Assembly (NCBI RefSeq): GCF_009914755.1
Contig: NC_060925.1
Direction: 5' to 3' (one strand)
From: the human T2T-CHM13v2.0 reference genome, Homo sapiens
Length of the DNA stretch: 64,000 bases
Position 1 is the first letter of the stretch; each line of letters opens with the position of its first letter. Positions 33,911 to 64,000 of the stretch are shown here, piece by piece. A program made the position numbers and the translations under genes. Under the pieces are notes generated by a model, which saw only the letters and a list, made by a program, of their open reading frames with translations, searched no databases and was not told the DNA's origin.

Positions 33911-34080
33911 GTCACTCGGCTGGAACCTGGCTGTAAAAATGGCTGAAGCAGGTGATGAGGAGCTGATGCGTTTGGACGTGTCTCAGAGAAATCATGGAGG
34001 CGCTGCGGTTCCTACCGGTTCTTGGATGCCTTCTACAGAGACAACCATAGCCCCAAATTATAGGGATCACATATCAGTGG
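33911..34080 (+). CDS. RHD: Cryptic/alternative 170-nt exon in RHD intron 7
   Basis: cccaag|GTCACT...CAGTGG|gtgaga. It is open in the frame set by exon 7. It matches my recollection of the 170-nt intron-7 segment reported in RHD splice variants. Confidence 0.75.
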
Positions 34081-36441
34081 GTGAGACATCCTTGCTTGGG
34101 ATGAGGAGGGGATGAGCTGTGTGAAGCAAGGCGCCTCTGTGATGGGTTCCAGTGATGTGTCTGCCACTGTCTTAATAACTGTGCAATTCTAAGCAGAACC
34201 TTTCCTGTCTCTGGGCCTGAGAGTTCCCCTCTGAAAGATGAGGACTTGACCTAGCAAGGTCCTACTCACATGCCTGTAGAGAACAGGCAGGGGAAGTTAG
34301 AAAAAAAAAAGCCAGTGAAGGAAGGGAGCTCTTCAGCTTGCACCCATCATCACAGTGCAGGGACCCAGGCTCAGTGTTGCCAGATCCAATGACTTCTCAA
34401 GAGCTCAAAATCTAGAGTTTTGCATGTGCTCTCCCAAGTACTGGCAGAAAATTCAAGATTGTTAGTAACACTGTGTGGCTAAATTCTGCTTGTGGGCTGC
34501 CTAGATTCCCAATTCTGTGATTCTGTGGTTCTCTGGAAGCATTGGTTCTCCACAGCACCTGCATCACCTGGAAACTTGCTAGAAATATAAGCCCTACCTA
34601 CGGCCCCACCCCAGACCTACCCAGTTAGAAATCTGGGGGTGGGACCTATCAGTCCATGTTTGAATAAGCCCCACAAGTGTTCTCTTGCAAGCTCAAGTTT
34701 TAGAACCACTGACCTATAGCCAAAAAAGAAAAAGCCAATCAGTGGTTTTCTGGTAAAGGATTAACTTAACAAACTGGCTTTCCAAGAAAATAAAGCCTTG
34801 ATTGGTAGCACTTGCAATTTCTATGGTACAAACGCTTCCCGCATGACTGAGTTCAAGCTGTCAAGGAGACATCACTATACATGGACTTGGGAAGAGATGA
34901 GAACAATCAGCCCACTGAGCCTATGGGAACTGGCTCCAGCACATCCCTGCAAGTCAACTCTCATCAGGGTGAGTGAGTTGAGGACCAAGAAGCAGTTATC
35001 CTCTTGCCTTTGCAGGACCCAGGCAAAGGGAAGGGCATAGTGACAGTGATGATCTCTCTTCCGGAAGTCTTTGGTTTGCTGAGAGTAAAAGGCGTGGGCT
35101 TCACCAGTGGTGAAGCCAGTCATGCAGCCTTAGTCCTGGTACTGAAACTCTCTAAATCTCAGTTTTCTATCTGTAAAATGGGAAAATAAGACCTATGTCA
35201 CAGGGTTGCTGTGCAGATTTAGCAACAGAACATAGCCCCGTTCTTTATGATGACTGATGCTGCATCCGTATGAGGACATCTCTATGTAATGGAAAGATGG
35301 AGAGAGGATTAAGCGCAAAGTCACAACACTTAATGGGAACTGTGGATTAGCTACTTGGTGGCATTGGGCAAGTCAGTTGACTTTGCATTAATTCCACAAA
35401 CAATATTTCCCAATTTCCTATTCAGATGAGCATATGTGATTGAGTCAGATGCTGTGATCAGAACCAGGATGGAGCATTTCCCACAAACTGTGGGATTTTT
35501 AAGTAATGGGAAGGCACACTGAAATGGCACTGAATCATGCAGTTGCAGATACTCTTTTTCAATTCTCAGTCCTTTGATTACGTCAGGGAGAAAAGAAAGT
35601 CCCCACTTGGCCTGAGAATCTCTGCACCCTTCTAGCTCTTGTTAACCACTCTTTTGAATAGCAGAGAAAACCTCAGACTGCCATATCTGGGAGAGATTTT
35701 AGCAACATTTTGTTTTCATTGTATCTCTTTTTACAGCTACCTCCCATTTCCCTTCTATTTCAAGCTAGTAACTCAGTTTTCTTTTAAATTCAATTATTTA
35801 AATGTAAAAATAAGTCTATTTGGAGAAAAAAAATTTTAATAGCATCTCTGGAATGCCAGTATGGCTAAATTCATGAATGTTGTCCTCAAATGCTGAAATC
35901 TGGGAAGCATCTGGCCAAGCTTTGTGGACAGGCCTGCCTAGTTTGAATCCCAAGAGCCACCCAGTCCAAGCCACAAAACATTGGAATTCTTGGTTCACTT
36001 CCCTAACCTGAACTTGCCCTCTGTGAAATAGGGACACTAATAGCTCACTCACAGGGCTGCTGTGAGGACATGTGTTGAGCTGAGGGTCTCGCCAGGGGAG
36101 ACCCTGTGCAGGGAGACTGTTATCATGGTGATGGATTTCTGCTTCATTCATTTCTTTTTCCAGACAGCATCATATAGAATGAGTTGTGGGGTGGCAGTCA
36201 GCAGGTTTGGGTTTATCCTCTATTCTGCCACTTATTACTTAAAAAAACCCCAAAAAACCCAACTTATATAGTATAAGCTATATCCAGAAAAGTGCAAATA
36301 TCATACAAGTACCATTTGATGAATCTTCTGATATCCCCACATAACCAACACCCAGAACCTCTTCTTGTCTCATTCCAGGATAACCACTAACCTGACTTCT
36401 AACAGCATCAGTCAGTTTTGTCTGTTTTTGTACATTATATA

Positions 36442-39665
<3,224 letters not shown>

Positions 39666-40717
39666 ATATACATGGAATCATACAGTAAGTCTGTGCTTTT
39701 GTATGCTTCTTTTACTCAACATTGTAGTTGTGAGATTCATCCAGGTTGTTAAGCATTGCTGTACCCTTTTTCCACTGGGATATAGTGTTCTGTCATGCTT
39801 GGGTCTTAATTTATAAAGGTGACTGAGTGGCATTTTCTTCCAGTATTATTGGAAGGAAAGTTTTGTTGTTCACAGTTCCCCTGTAAACAAGAGGCAGAAC
39901 ACGTCATGCAGGGCCACACAAAACTGTATCATCCAGGGACCAGGCAGCAGAAAGAGAGGGGGAACTGGGACTATGCCTTTATGAAAAAGAGTGGTGGGAG
40001 AGTAACTGGGTGAGGGCATCCACTAATGGGCAGGAAGTGAAAACACATATGTTAGAATTTGTAGCTGAGGGGTTTATAATATGAGTTTCCTATGCCTGAG
40101 AAAGCTGACTTGCAAGAAAATGAGATAAACAACTTTGGCCATTAGTGTGGCCCTGTCATAAATGAATGCCAGATAGGCAAATAGAGAATCTAAGAAAAGA
40201 TAGTTGGAACAAGTGTTCCATTGTGTGAATGCAGCAGAATTTATTTATCCATTATTGAGGAGGATTTGGGTAGTTTCCAGTTTGGAGCTATTATGAATAT
40301 TCTAGTATTGCTCCTATGAACATTCTAGCACTTTTATTTTTGGAGCACACGAATGCACTTCTGTTGATTATATGCCTAGAAGTGAAATTGTTGAATTATA
40401 CAGTATTCACACAGTCAGCTTTAGTGGCTACTGCTAAACAATTTTCTCTAGTAGTTTGCGCCAATCTAATCACCAGTAGTGTATAGAAGCTCCTTTTACT
40501 CCACATTTTGCCAACACTTGGTGTTTTCCTTCTTTTTGATTAGTCATTTAGCAATCAAACCTATTGTTTACATTTTGATATCTCCAATAACTAACTAAAT
40601 GGAGCACTTTTAATATGCTTTTTGGACAGTTGAATATCTTTTCTTGTGAAATGTCTATTCAAGTTAGTTTGCCCATTTTCTATTGTGGTGTTCTGTCTTT
40701 TTCTTATTGATTTGTAG

Positions 40718-48006
<7,289 letters not shown>

Positions 48007-48183
48007 CTACAGAATTAAGCTGGTCCAGGAATGACAGGGCTTCCATTTATTTGTCTTTCAATTGTGGGAGAAAAAGGATTTCTGTTGAGATACTGTCGTT
48101 TTGACACACAATATTTCGATTAATCTTGAGATTAAAAATCCTGTGCTCCAAATCTTTTAACATTAAATTATGCATTTAAACAG

Positions 48184-48257
48184 GTTTGCTCCTAAATCTT
48201 AAAATATGGAAAGCACCTCATGAGGCTAAATATTTTGATGACCAAGTTTTCTGGAAG
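48184..48257 (+). CDS. RHD: RHD exon 9 (74 nt, c.1154-1227)
   Basis: aaacag|GTTTGC...TGGAAG|gtaaga. Encodes [24 protein letters not shown] with Glu398 (RhD); c.1154G and c.1227G. Confidence 0.98.
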
Positions 48258-48685
48258 GTAAGATTTTTCACCTATTAACGTGATAGATTTTGAGTGCATG
48301 AACTTAAAAACATACCTGAGTATATATGTTGACTTGCTGTTTATGAGTAAAACAAAAACAAAAATGGAGTAAGGAGCATTGCAGGAGGAACTAGAGGAGA
48401 AACAAATCCATGATATGCATGTGTGTGGGGGAGGGTGGCGGGGAGGTGGTAAAGGTCACCATTTCCCTGATACCTCAAATTCATTCAGAGTCAGGGATGA
48501 GACAGCTTTCACTGGCCACACTTCCCCTCCCCCTATCTGCAGTCCTCAGCGTAGCCAAATAGTCTGACATGCGGGTGACAGAACCCCACAATGCAAAAGC
48601 TGGAAGAAACCTCAAGCCTTGGAGTCCAACCCCTTTTTTGACAGATGCTAAGAGTGGAGACATGACTTATCAAGATCTTACAACT

Positions 48686-54822
<6,137 letters not shown>

Positions 54823-55191
54823 ACTGGCATGTAGAAGAAAAATACTTTTTCTCTACACTTCTCCAAAGAATTTAACTAGGCCCAGGGGAGGTGCAGTATA
54901 AATTTCTAACAATCTCAACTGTCTGCCAAATGGAATGAGCTACTTCATATGGCAGTAGTGAGTCCTCTGTCTTTGGAGGCATTCAAATAAAAGCCAGATG
55001 GCCATTTATCAACAATCCATGTAAAACGTTAGATGAAATAAAACCTATATATCCAAGATCTCTTCCAATTCAGATTTTATGAAAGAATTTCTAAGGTCTT
55101 TGTAATGAGACATTTAGGCTGTTTCAAGAGATCAAGCCAAAATCAGTATGTGGGTTCATCTGCAATAAAAATGTTTGTTTTGCTTTTACAG

Positions 55192-55218
55192 TTTCCTCAT
55201 TTGGCTGTTGGATTTTAA
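55192..55218 (+). CDS. RHD: RHD exon 10 coding part (FPHLAVGF-stop)
   Basis: ttacag|TTTCCTCATTTGGCTGTTGGATTTTAA. Confidence 0.98.
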   Translation, partial: FPHLAVGF

Positions 55219-55425
55219 GCAAAAGCATCCAAGAAAAACAAGGCCTGTTCAAAAACAAGACAACTTCCTCTCACTGTTGCCTGCATTTGTACGTGAGAAA
55301 CGCTCATGACAGCAAAGTCTCCAATGTTCGCGCAGGCACTGGAGTCAGAGAAAATGGAGTTGAATCCTTTCTCTGCCACTCTTTGAGGAGAATCTCACCA
55401 TTTATTATGCACTGTAGAATACAAC

Positions 55426-55431
55426 AATAAA
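55426..55431 (+). terminator. Candidate proximal polyadenylation signal of RHD
   Basis: AATAAA about 210 nt after the stop codon. Confidence 0.5.
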
Positions 55432-55486
55432 ATACAGCCATGTACCACATAACAACATCTTGGTAAACAACAGACTGCATATATGA

Positions 55487-56249
<763 letters not shown>

Positions 56250-56713
56250 TATACTTCCCTTTTTGAATACCATTTGGTGTTTTGAAGAATTAACAGCTTT
56301 GTGAACGTGGCAGTGCTTGTGATTCAGGCTTCCATTGAGACCAAGGGGAGAACCTGGTTGCAGGACAAACAGACGGACAGCGTGTGGCAGTGTTTAAATG
56401 CTCTTCTGAAGGCTGATACGACAGCTCTCTGTGCACTGATTGCATATGCATCCCAAGATTATATTATTGTTTTCTACTGCTATGTGTCACACTTTGCCAA
56501 ACAGGATGTGGAAAATGAATAAGCGGTTTTCTTAGGCACTTCTTAACAGACAATTGGTCAAAATGAACTCCATTGCTTAAGAAACACATAAACACCATTT
56601 AGTCACTGAACATAGCTATATGTATGGTTGTTACTATGGGAAATCTTGTTTTGCCAATTTTCTTTGAAAATTCTGGCAGACCAAGGTTCTTTTTGTTTAC
56701 ATAATACTTGAAA

Positions 56714-56719
56714 AATAAA
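56714..56719 (+). terminator. Candidate distal polyadenylation signal of RHD (long 3' UTR containing two antisense Alus)
   Basis: AATAAA about 1.5 kb into exon 10, consistent with the recalled length of the long RHD terminal exon. Confidence 0.6.
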
Positions 56720-57021
56720 AATGAACAAGCTAACAAACTACCAAGTTTTCACTTACATAAATGTAGTTGCATACAGAAAATGTGACTGTGAATTAATTTT
56801 TCTAGGACTTTTAAACTATAAGCACTATTTGCACAAAAGAGAACCAATCTATCAATTACAAACTCACATAATTTTACAGATTTTTTTTTTCCTACACAGC
56901 ACATAAAACAGAAGGAATTTGAAGCCACACTCCAAACACAGGGGAAGGAGGCTGTGTGTATATCCTCATTGTCTTTCACATTCTAAGGTGGTTCCACTCA
57001 GTGACTGAAATCCTTAAGTGT

Positions 57022-57729
<708 letters not shown>

Positions 57730-57788
57730 TAGTCATTAATGGACAATGTATACAAAGATAATTTCGTGATTACTGTCCTTATGCATAA

Positions 57789-58637
<849 letters not shown>

Positions 58638-59074
58638 TGATTTCTTATTTCCCACATTGCCAATTCCATTTCAATTAACTATAATAGCTATGTCTATTGA
58701 GCACTCAAGCGTATTCTAGAAACTGTTCCTGATTCTGGGGATATATCCATGAATGAACTATAGTCCCTGTTATTAAGTAATCCGTAGTCTGACTAAACCA
58801 TTAGAAATTAAAAAAAAATGGCTACTTTCAAAGACATCTTGGAGTTCAGGAGTCCCACACTGCGAACCATATTACCTAATAATCCAACCTGCTTGTAATT
58901 CACTTATTTAACCAATATTTATTGAGTGCCAACTTTGAGCCTAAGATACAGCAGTAAACAAATGCATAAAGTCCCTGTCCCCATGAAACTTGTATTCTAA
59001 TGGAAAAAACAGAAAACAAACAGATATAGGATGTAATATCAGGTAGGGATAAATACTTTGAATTCAAACAAAAG

Positions 59075-59614
59075 TATACGTAGTCAGGGTTCCCCAGAGA
59101 GACACAGCCAATCGATACATAGATATATAAGAGAGGGTTTATGAGTTAGAAAGGGCTCACATGATTACAGAGGCTGAGAAGTCCCACAACAGATTGTCTG
59201 CAAGCTGGAGACCCAGGGATACTGGTAGCATGGCTCAGTCCAAGTCCCAAAGTCTCAGAATCAGGAAAGCTGATGATATAATTCTTAGCCCAAAGGCCTT
59301 AGAACCCCAGCGGTGACGGAAAGGCTGGTGTAGGTCCTGGCGTCCTGAGACCCAACAGCCTGGGATCCTGAAATCCAAGGGCAGGAATGGAAGCGTGTAT
59401 TCCAGCTCCAAGAGAGTAAGACCAATTTGCCTTTCTTCCGTTTTTGTTCCAAGCCAACTGCACGTTGAGGGCGGATGGTTCCCTCTTAGCCCATTCAGTC
59501 ATATATCAATCTCTTCTGGAAATACCCTCACAGACACACTAACAAATAATGCCTTTCCAGTTCTCTAGGTATTCTTTAATCCAGTCAAGCTGACACCTAA
59601 AATTAACCATCACA
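59075..59614 (-). mobile_element. MLT-type LTR (subfamily uncertain)
   Basis: tagtcagggttccccagagagaca...gaggctgagaagtcccac...ccagtcaagctgacacctaaaattaaccatcaca. Confidence 0.65.
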
Positions 59615-59934
59615 AAAGTTAAGGAGAAAGAAGACAACTTGTAGGAGAGGCTGCTATGCAAGACAGTGTGTGAAGGAAGGGCTCTCTGAAGAGGTTAATA
59701 TCTGAGCAGAGACTTGAATGAAGTGAAGAAGTGAGCCATGTGGGTATGGGGAATACAACTTCCAGGTAGAGAAGACAAGTGTGGTGTGTATCACGGTCAG
59801 CAAAGAAGCCATGTGACAGAGAAGGGTGGGCCAGGGAGAGACGGATAAGTGATCTAACTCCTGAGGAGGTGGCCTGGCCAGGAGCTAGAGCATGAGGATC
59901 TCGTAGGATTTTATTCTGCAAGGTGAAAAGCCAT

Positions 59935-61845
59935 TGTATTAGTCTGTTCACAAACCCCAGACTAGGCAATTTACAAAAGAAAGAGAGGTTTAATGGACTT
60001 ACAGTTCCACATGGCTGGGGAGGCCTCACAATCATGGCGAAAGGCAATGAGGAGCAAGTCACGTCTTACGTGGATGGCAGGCAAAGACAAAGACAGCTTG
60101 TGCAGAGAAACTCCCCCTTATAGAGCCATCAGATCCTGTTAGACTTATCACTATCACGAGAACAGCACGGGTAAGACCTGTCCCCATGATTCAGTTACCT
60201 CCCACTGGGTCCCTCCCACAACGCATGGGAATTCAGGATGAGATTTGGGTGGGGACACAACCAAACCCTATCATTCCACCCATGGCCCCTCCCAAATTTC
60301 ATGTCCTCACATTTCAAAACCAATCACACCATCCCAACAGTCCCTCAAAGTCTTAAATGATTTCAGCATTAACTCAAAAGTCCACAGTCTAATGTCTCAT
60401 CTGAGACAAGGCAAGTCCTTTCCGTCTATGAGCCTATAAAATCCAAAGCAAGTTAATTACTTCCTAGATACAATGGGGGTACAGGCATTGGGTAAATACA
60501 GCCATTCCAAATGGGATAAATTGGTCAAAACAAAGAGGCTACAGGCCCATGAGAGTCCAAAATCCAGTGGGGCAGTCAAATCTTAAAGCTCCAAAATGAT
60601 CTCCTCTTGACTCCACATCTCACATCCAGGTCACGCAGATGGAAGGGGTGGGTTCCCATGGTCTTGGGCAGCTCTGCCCCTGTACCTTTGCAGGGTACAG
60701 CCTCCCTCTCAGCTGCTTTCATGGGCTGGCATTGAGTGTCTGCAACTTTTCCAGGTACACGGTGCAAGCTGTCGGTGGATCTACCATTCTGGGGTCTGGA
60801 GGACCTCTTCTCACAGCTCCACTAGGTGGTGCCCCAGTAGGGACTGTGTGTGGGGTCTCTGACCCCACATTTCCCTTCTGCACTGCCCTGGCAGAGGATC
60901 TCCATGAGGGCCCTGCCCCTGCAGCAAACTTCTGCCTGGGCATCCAGGCATTTCCGCACATCCTCTTTAATCTAGGCGAAGGTTTCCAAACCCCAGTTCT
61001 TGACTTCTGTGCACTCGCAGTCTCAACACCACATGGAAGCTGTCAAGGCTTGGGGCTTGCACTCCCCGAAGCTACAGCCCAAGCTCTACCTTGCCTCCTG
61101 TCAGTCATGGTTGGGAGTGGCTGGGATGCAGGGCACCAAGTCCCTAGGCTGCACACAGCATGAGGACCCCGGGCCTGGCCAACAAAACCATTTTTTCCTG
61201 ATATCTCTGGACCTGTGATGGGAGGGGTTGCCATAAAGACCTCTGACATGCCCTGGAGACATTTTCCCCATTGTCTTGGGAATTAGCATTTGGCTCCTGT
61301 TACTCATGCAAATTTCTGCAGCCAGCTTGAATTTCTCCTCAGAAAATGGGAATTTTTCTTTTCTATCACATTGTCAGGCTGCAAATTTTCCGAACTTTTA
61401 TGCTCTGCTTCCCTTATAAAACTGAATGTCTTTAACAGCACCCAAGTCACCTCTTGAATGCTTTGCTGCTTAGAAATTTCTCCTGCCAGATACTCTAAAT
61501 CATCTCTCTGAAGTTCAAAGTTCTACAAATATCTCGTGCAGGGGCAAAATGCCGCCAGTATCTTTGCTAAAACATAACAAGAGTCCCCTTTGCTCCAGTT
61601 CCCAACAAGTTCCTCATTTCCGTCTGAGACCACCTCAGCCTATGGACTTTATTGTCCACAGTGCTATCAGCATTTTGGGCAAAGCCATTCAACAAGTCTC
61701 TAGGAAGTTCCAAACTTTCCCACATTTGCCTGTCTTCTTCTGAGCCCTCCAAACTGTTCCAAACCCTGCCTGTTACCCAGTTCCAAAGTCACATACCCAT
61801 TTTTGAGTATCTACGGCAGCACCCCACTCTACTGGTACCAATTTA
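59935..61845 (-). mobile_element. THE1 (THE1B-like) element: one LTR (59935-60273) plus full internal region (60274-61845)
   Basis: LTR tgtattagtc...ggggacacaaccaaaccctatca, then THE1-int ending in ccccactctactggtaccaattta. A THE-1B remnant is the known core of the Rhesus boxes. Confidence 0.85.
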
Positions 61846-63339
61846 GCCACTGAAGTAGTTGGAGAACAGAAGTAATAGACTCTGGTTTACATTGTAAAAG
61901 CTTCTCTGTGGCTGCTGTGTGAAGAAAATATATGAGAATGAAGCCCCAAGATGAAGCAGGGACACAGTTGCAGTGGTTAGAGTAAGAAATGCTGCTGGCT
62001 GGCACTGAAGTGATAGCCTGGAGGTTTGTGTGTGCACATGCATGTGTATGTGTTTTACGATAGTAGGCCCAACAGATACTGTAATCCACACTTGTTTTTT
62101 TTTTTTTGAGACAGAGTCTCACCTGTTGCCTAGACTAGAATGCAGTGGCACAATCTTGGCTCACTACAACCTCCACCTCCCAGGTTCAAACAATCCTTGT
62201 GCTTCAGCCTCCCGAGTAGTTGGGATTACAGGTGTGTGCCACCGTGCCCAGCTATATTTTTTGTATTTTTAGCAGAGATGGGATTTTGCCACATTGGCCA
62301 GGCTGGTCTTGAACTCCTGGCCTCAAGCAATCCTCCCACCTTAGCCTCCCAAAGTGCTGAGCCACCACACCTGGCCGCAACTGATTTTTAATCATGAAAT
62401 GACACATACATTTAAAAAACCCAATACCTATAATATTCCTGGCTAGTACTCTTCACATCTATATCATCAAAAACAAAGAAAGTATGTGAAACTGACACAG
62501 CCAAGGGGAGACTAAGGAGACATAACAATTAACTGTAATGTGGTATTCTGGAGGGGATCCTGGAACAGAAAAAGACATTAGGCAAAAAACTAAAGAAATC
62601 TGAATAAAATGTGGATGTCAGTTAATAATAATGTATCATATTAGTCCAGTAATTGTAACAAATATACCCAATAATGAAAGCCATTAATTATAGGGAAAAT
62701 GGAGGGGTTAATATGGGTGGCTGGCTTTTGCTATTTCTAGCAGCTCCATTTTATCTACAAAAGACAAACATTCATTAAGTCCCAAAAAGGTAAAGAATGA
62801 CAAATTAAGCATGTATCTTATTAGTAAGAGTAATATAAAGATGCTCACTCATATTTATAAATATTTGACAATCATGTTAAGGCCAGAAAAGAGAAAAAAG
62901 GGTAGGGGCAAAAAACGCAAAGAGAAAGGAGTTAGTATCTTTTCTCCCGCACTCATTAGCTATTAAAAGAGGATGTTTGTTTAAAGCTGCTCAGAGCTGG
63001 TAAACTAATGTTAAGTCACTAACGGGAATTTAAAAGGTTTCATTAAGAACTGCCTGCACTAGATTCCTCCACCCTGAGACATTAAACAATCACGATAAAC
63101 CTCCTGAGTGGTAAGAACGTGTCCATTTAAAAACAGGCTATAGATTGTCATGCAGTTTTATCTACTAATCGGCTAATGCACCGCCAAAAACAAACAAAAA
63201 AACCCAAAGGGATGAAAGTTTCATCCATCAAAGGAAACAACAGTCACCTTGGTTCCCATCCCACTCATATACTGCCGCCGTACATGTCAATCAGATGAAC
63301 CTGTGCGTATCTCTTAACGACAATTGACCCACCTTTTTA

Positions 63340-64000
63340 ACTGAAGTGAAGGGGGGTTCTGCTCCGCGACCACTTCCTGGATCTCTCCCTTCACCCTCTG
63401 TGTTCTTTCGGGTGCACCATCGGGTCAAAGCCGCAGCAACGCCGTCTCTGTGTGATCGCATGTGCCCTTCTGCACACGACCTTCCCCCGAGAGTGACCAG
63501 CTACCGGACAGGCACCAAGGAGGGCTACCGAGCACCTCCCGGACCGGCGGCTGCAGGATCGCGAGCGCCTCCGCTAGGGAGACCGCACGTTGCGCCTGTG
63601 CTTCCTGCGGTGGCGCCTTCTGCAAGGAGACCTCGACCCTGCTCCCTCTCCGGGGCTGGATCTGACTCCTTGACGGTGATTCCAGACGCGAGACCCAAAC
63701 TGACGGCTTCTAGAAGAGGGGCGAGCCCGGCCGCAAGTCTTTCACGTAGCTAAGTCATCGTTGCTTCCGGCTTCTTACCGTTCTCCCCTTTGTAAACGGT
63801 TACCTCCCGAAAACCCAGGCTCTCCTCCAACAGTGGTTCTCAAGCGAGGCGATCTTCCCCGGGAGGGGATATTTGGCAAAGTCTGGGGGCATTTTTGGTT
63901 CACTGGGGCTGCTACTTGCATCCACTGGGTAGAGGCGGGGGATGCAGCTACACAACCTGCGAAGCACGGGACAGCACCCTCCCCAACCCAGACAGAATTA
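63340..64000. promoter_or_regulatory. 5' part of CpG island / promoter region upstream of TMEM50A (SMP1)
   Basis: Abrupt rise in CpG density, with an ETS-type motif GCTTCCGG at 63763-63770. The position at the distal end of the downstream Rhesus box matches the known location of the TMEM50A 5' end, whose exon 1 probably lies just beyond the window. Confidence 0.7.
63831..64000. mobile_element. MER20-like hAT transposon inside the CpG island
   Basis: cagtggttctcaa...atttggcaaagtctggg...catttttggtt...gggtagaggc...gatgcagcta...gcacgggacagc. Confidence 0.7.

Noticed and set aside
60639-61163. 174-aa ORF in the Rhesus box
   Set aside because: It lies within THE1 internal sequence, antisense to the element, and has no recognisable domain.
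63346-63753. 135-aa Pro/Ala/Arg-rich ORF as a TMEM50A coding exon
   Set aside because: It has a GTG start and the composition typical of chance ORFs in CpG islands. It does not resemble a TMEM50 membrane protein.

Overview
Human genomic DNA (1p36.11) covering most of the RHD blood-group gene on the + strand. The window starts inside intron 1 (exon 1 is upstream, not present). It contains exons 2-10 with intact GT-AG junctions and the RHD-specific 3' UTR. It then runs through most of the downstream Rhesus box into the CpG-rich region before TMEM50A (SMP1). Exons 2-10 translate to the conventional RhD protein (RHD*01-type, Thr379), with the short 426-bp intron 4 typical of RHD rather than RHCE. 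Intron 3 holds an antisense processed copy of SDHD with a poly(A) tail, a 10-bp target-site duplication and an uninterrupted 159-codon ORF. The rest is dense in Alu, MIR/L2, L1, MaLR/ERV LTRs and MER DNA transposons, and nearly all other ORFs in the track derive from these repeats. I see no wholly new gene system. The most interesting unexplained structures are: (1) a ~440-bp inverted templated insertion in intron 2 with a 128-bp perfect inverted repeat, next to the site of the RHCE*C 109-bp insertion; (2) the intact SDHD retro-ORF; (3) a 170-nt stop-free cryptic exon in intron 7 that is frame-equivalent to exon 8; (4) the phase-symmetric exon 7-9 block, which would form a stop-less circular ORF; and (5) a THE1 element that has precisely lost one LTR. 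Repeat family names and literature comparisons come from recognition or memory, not from database searches.
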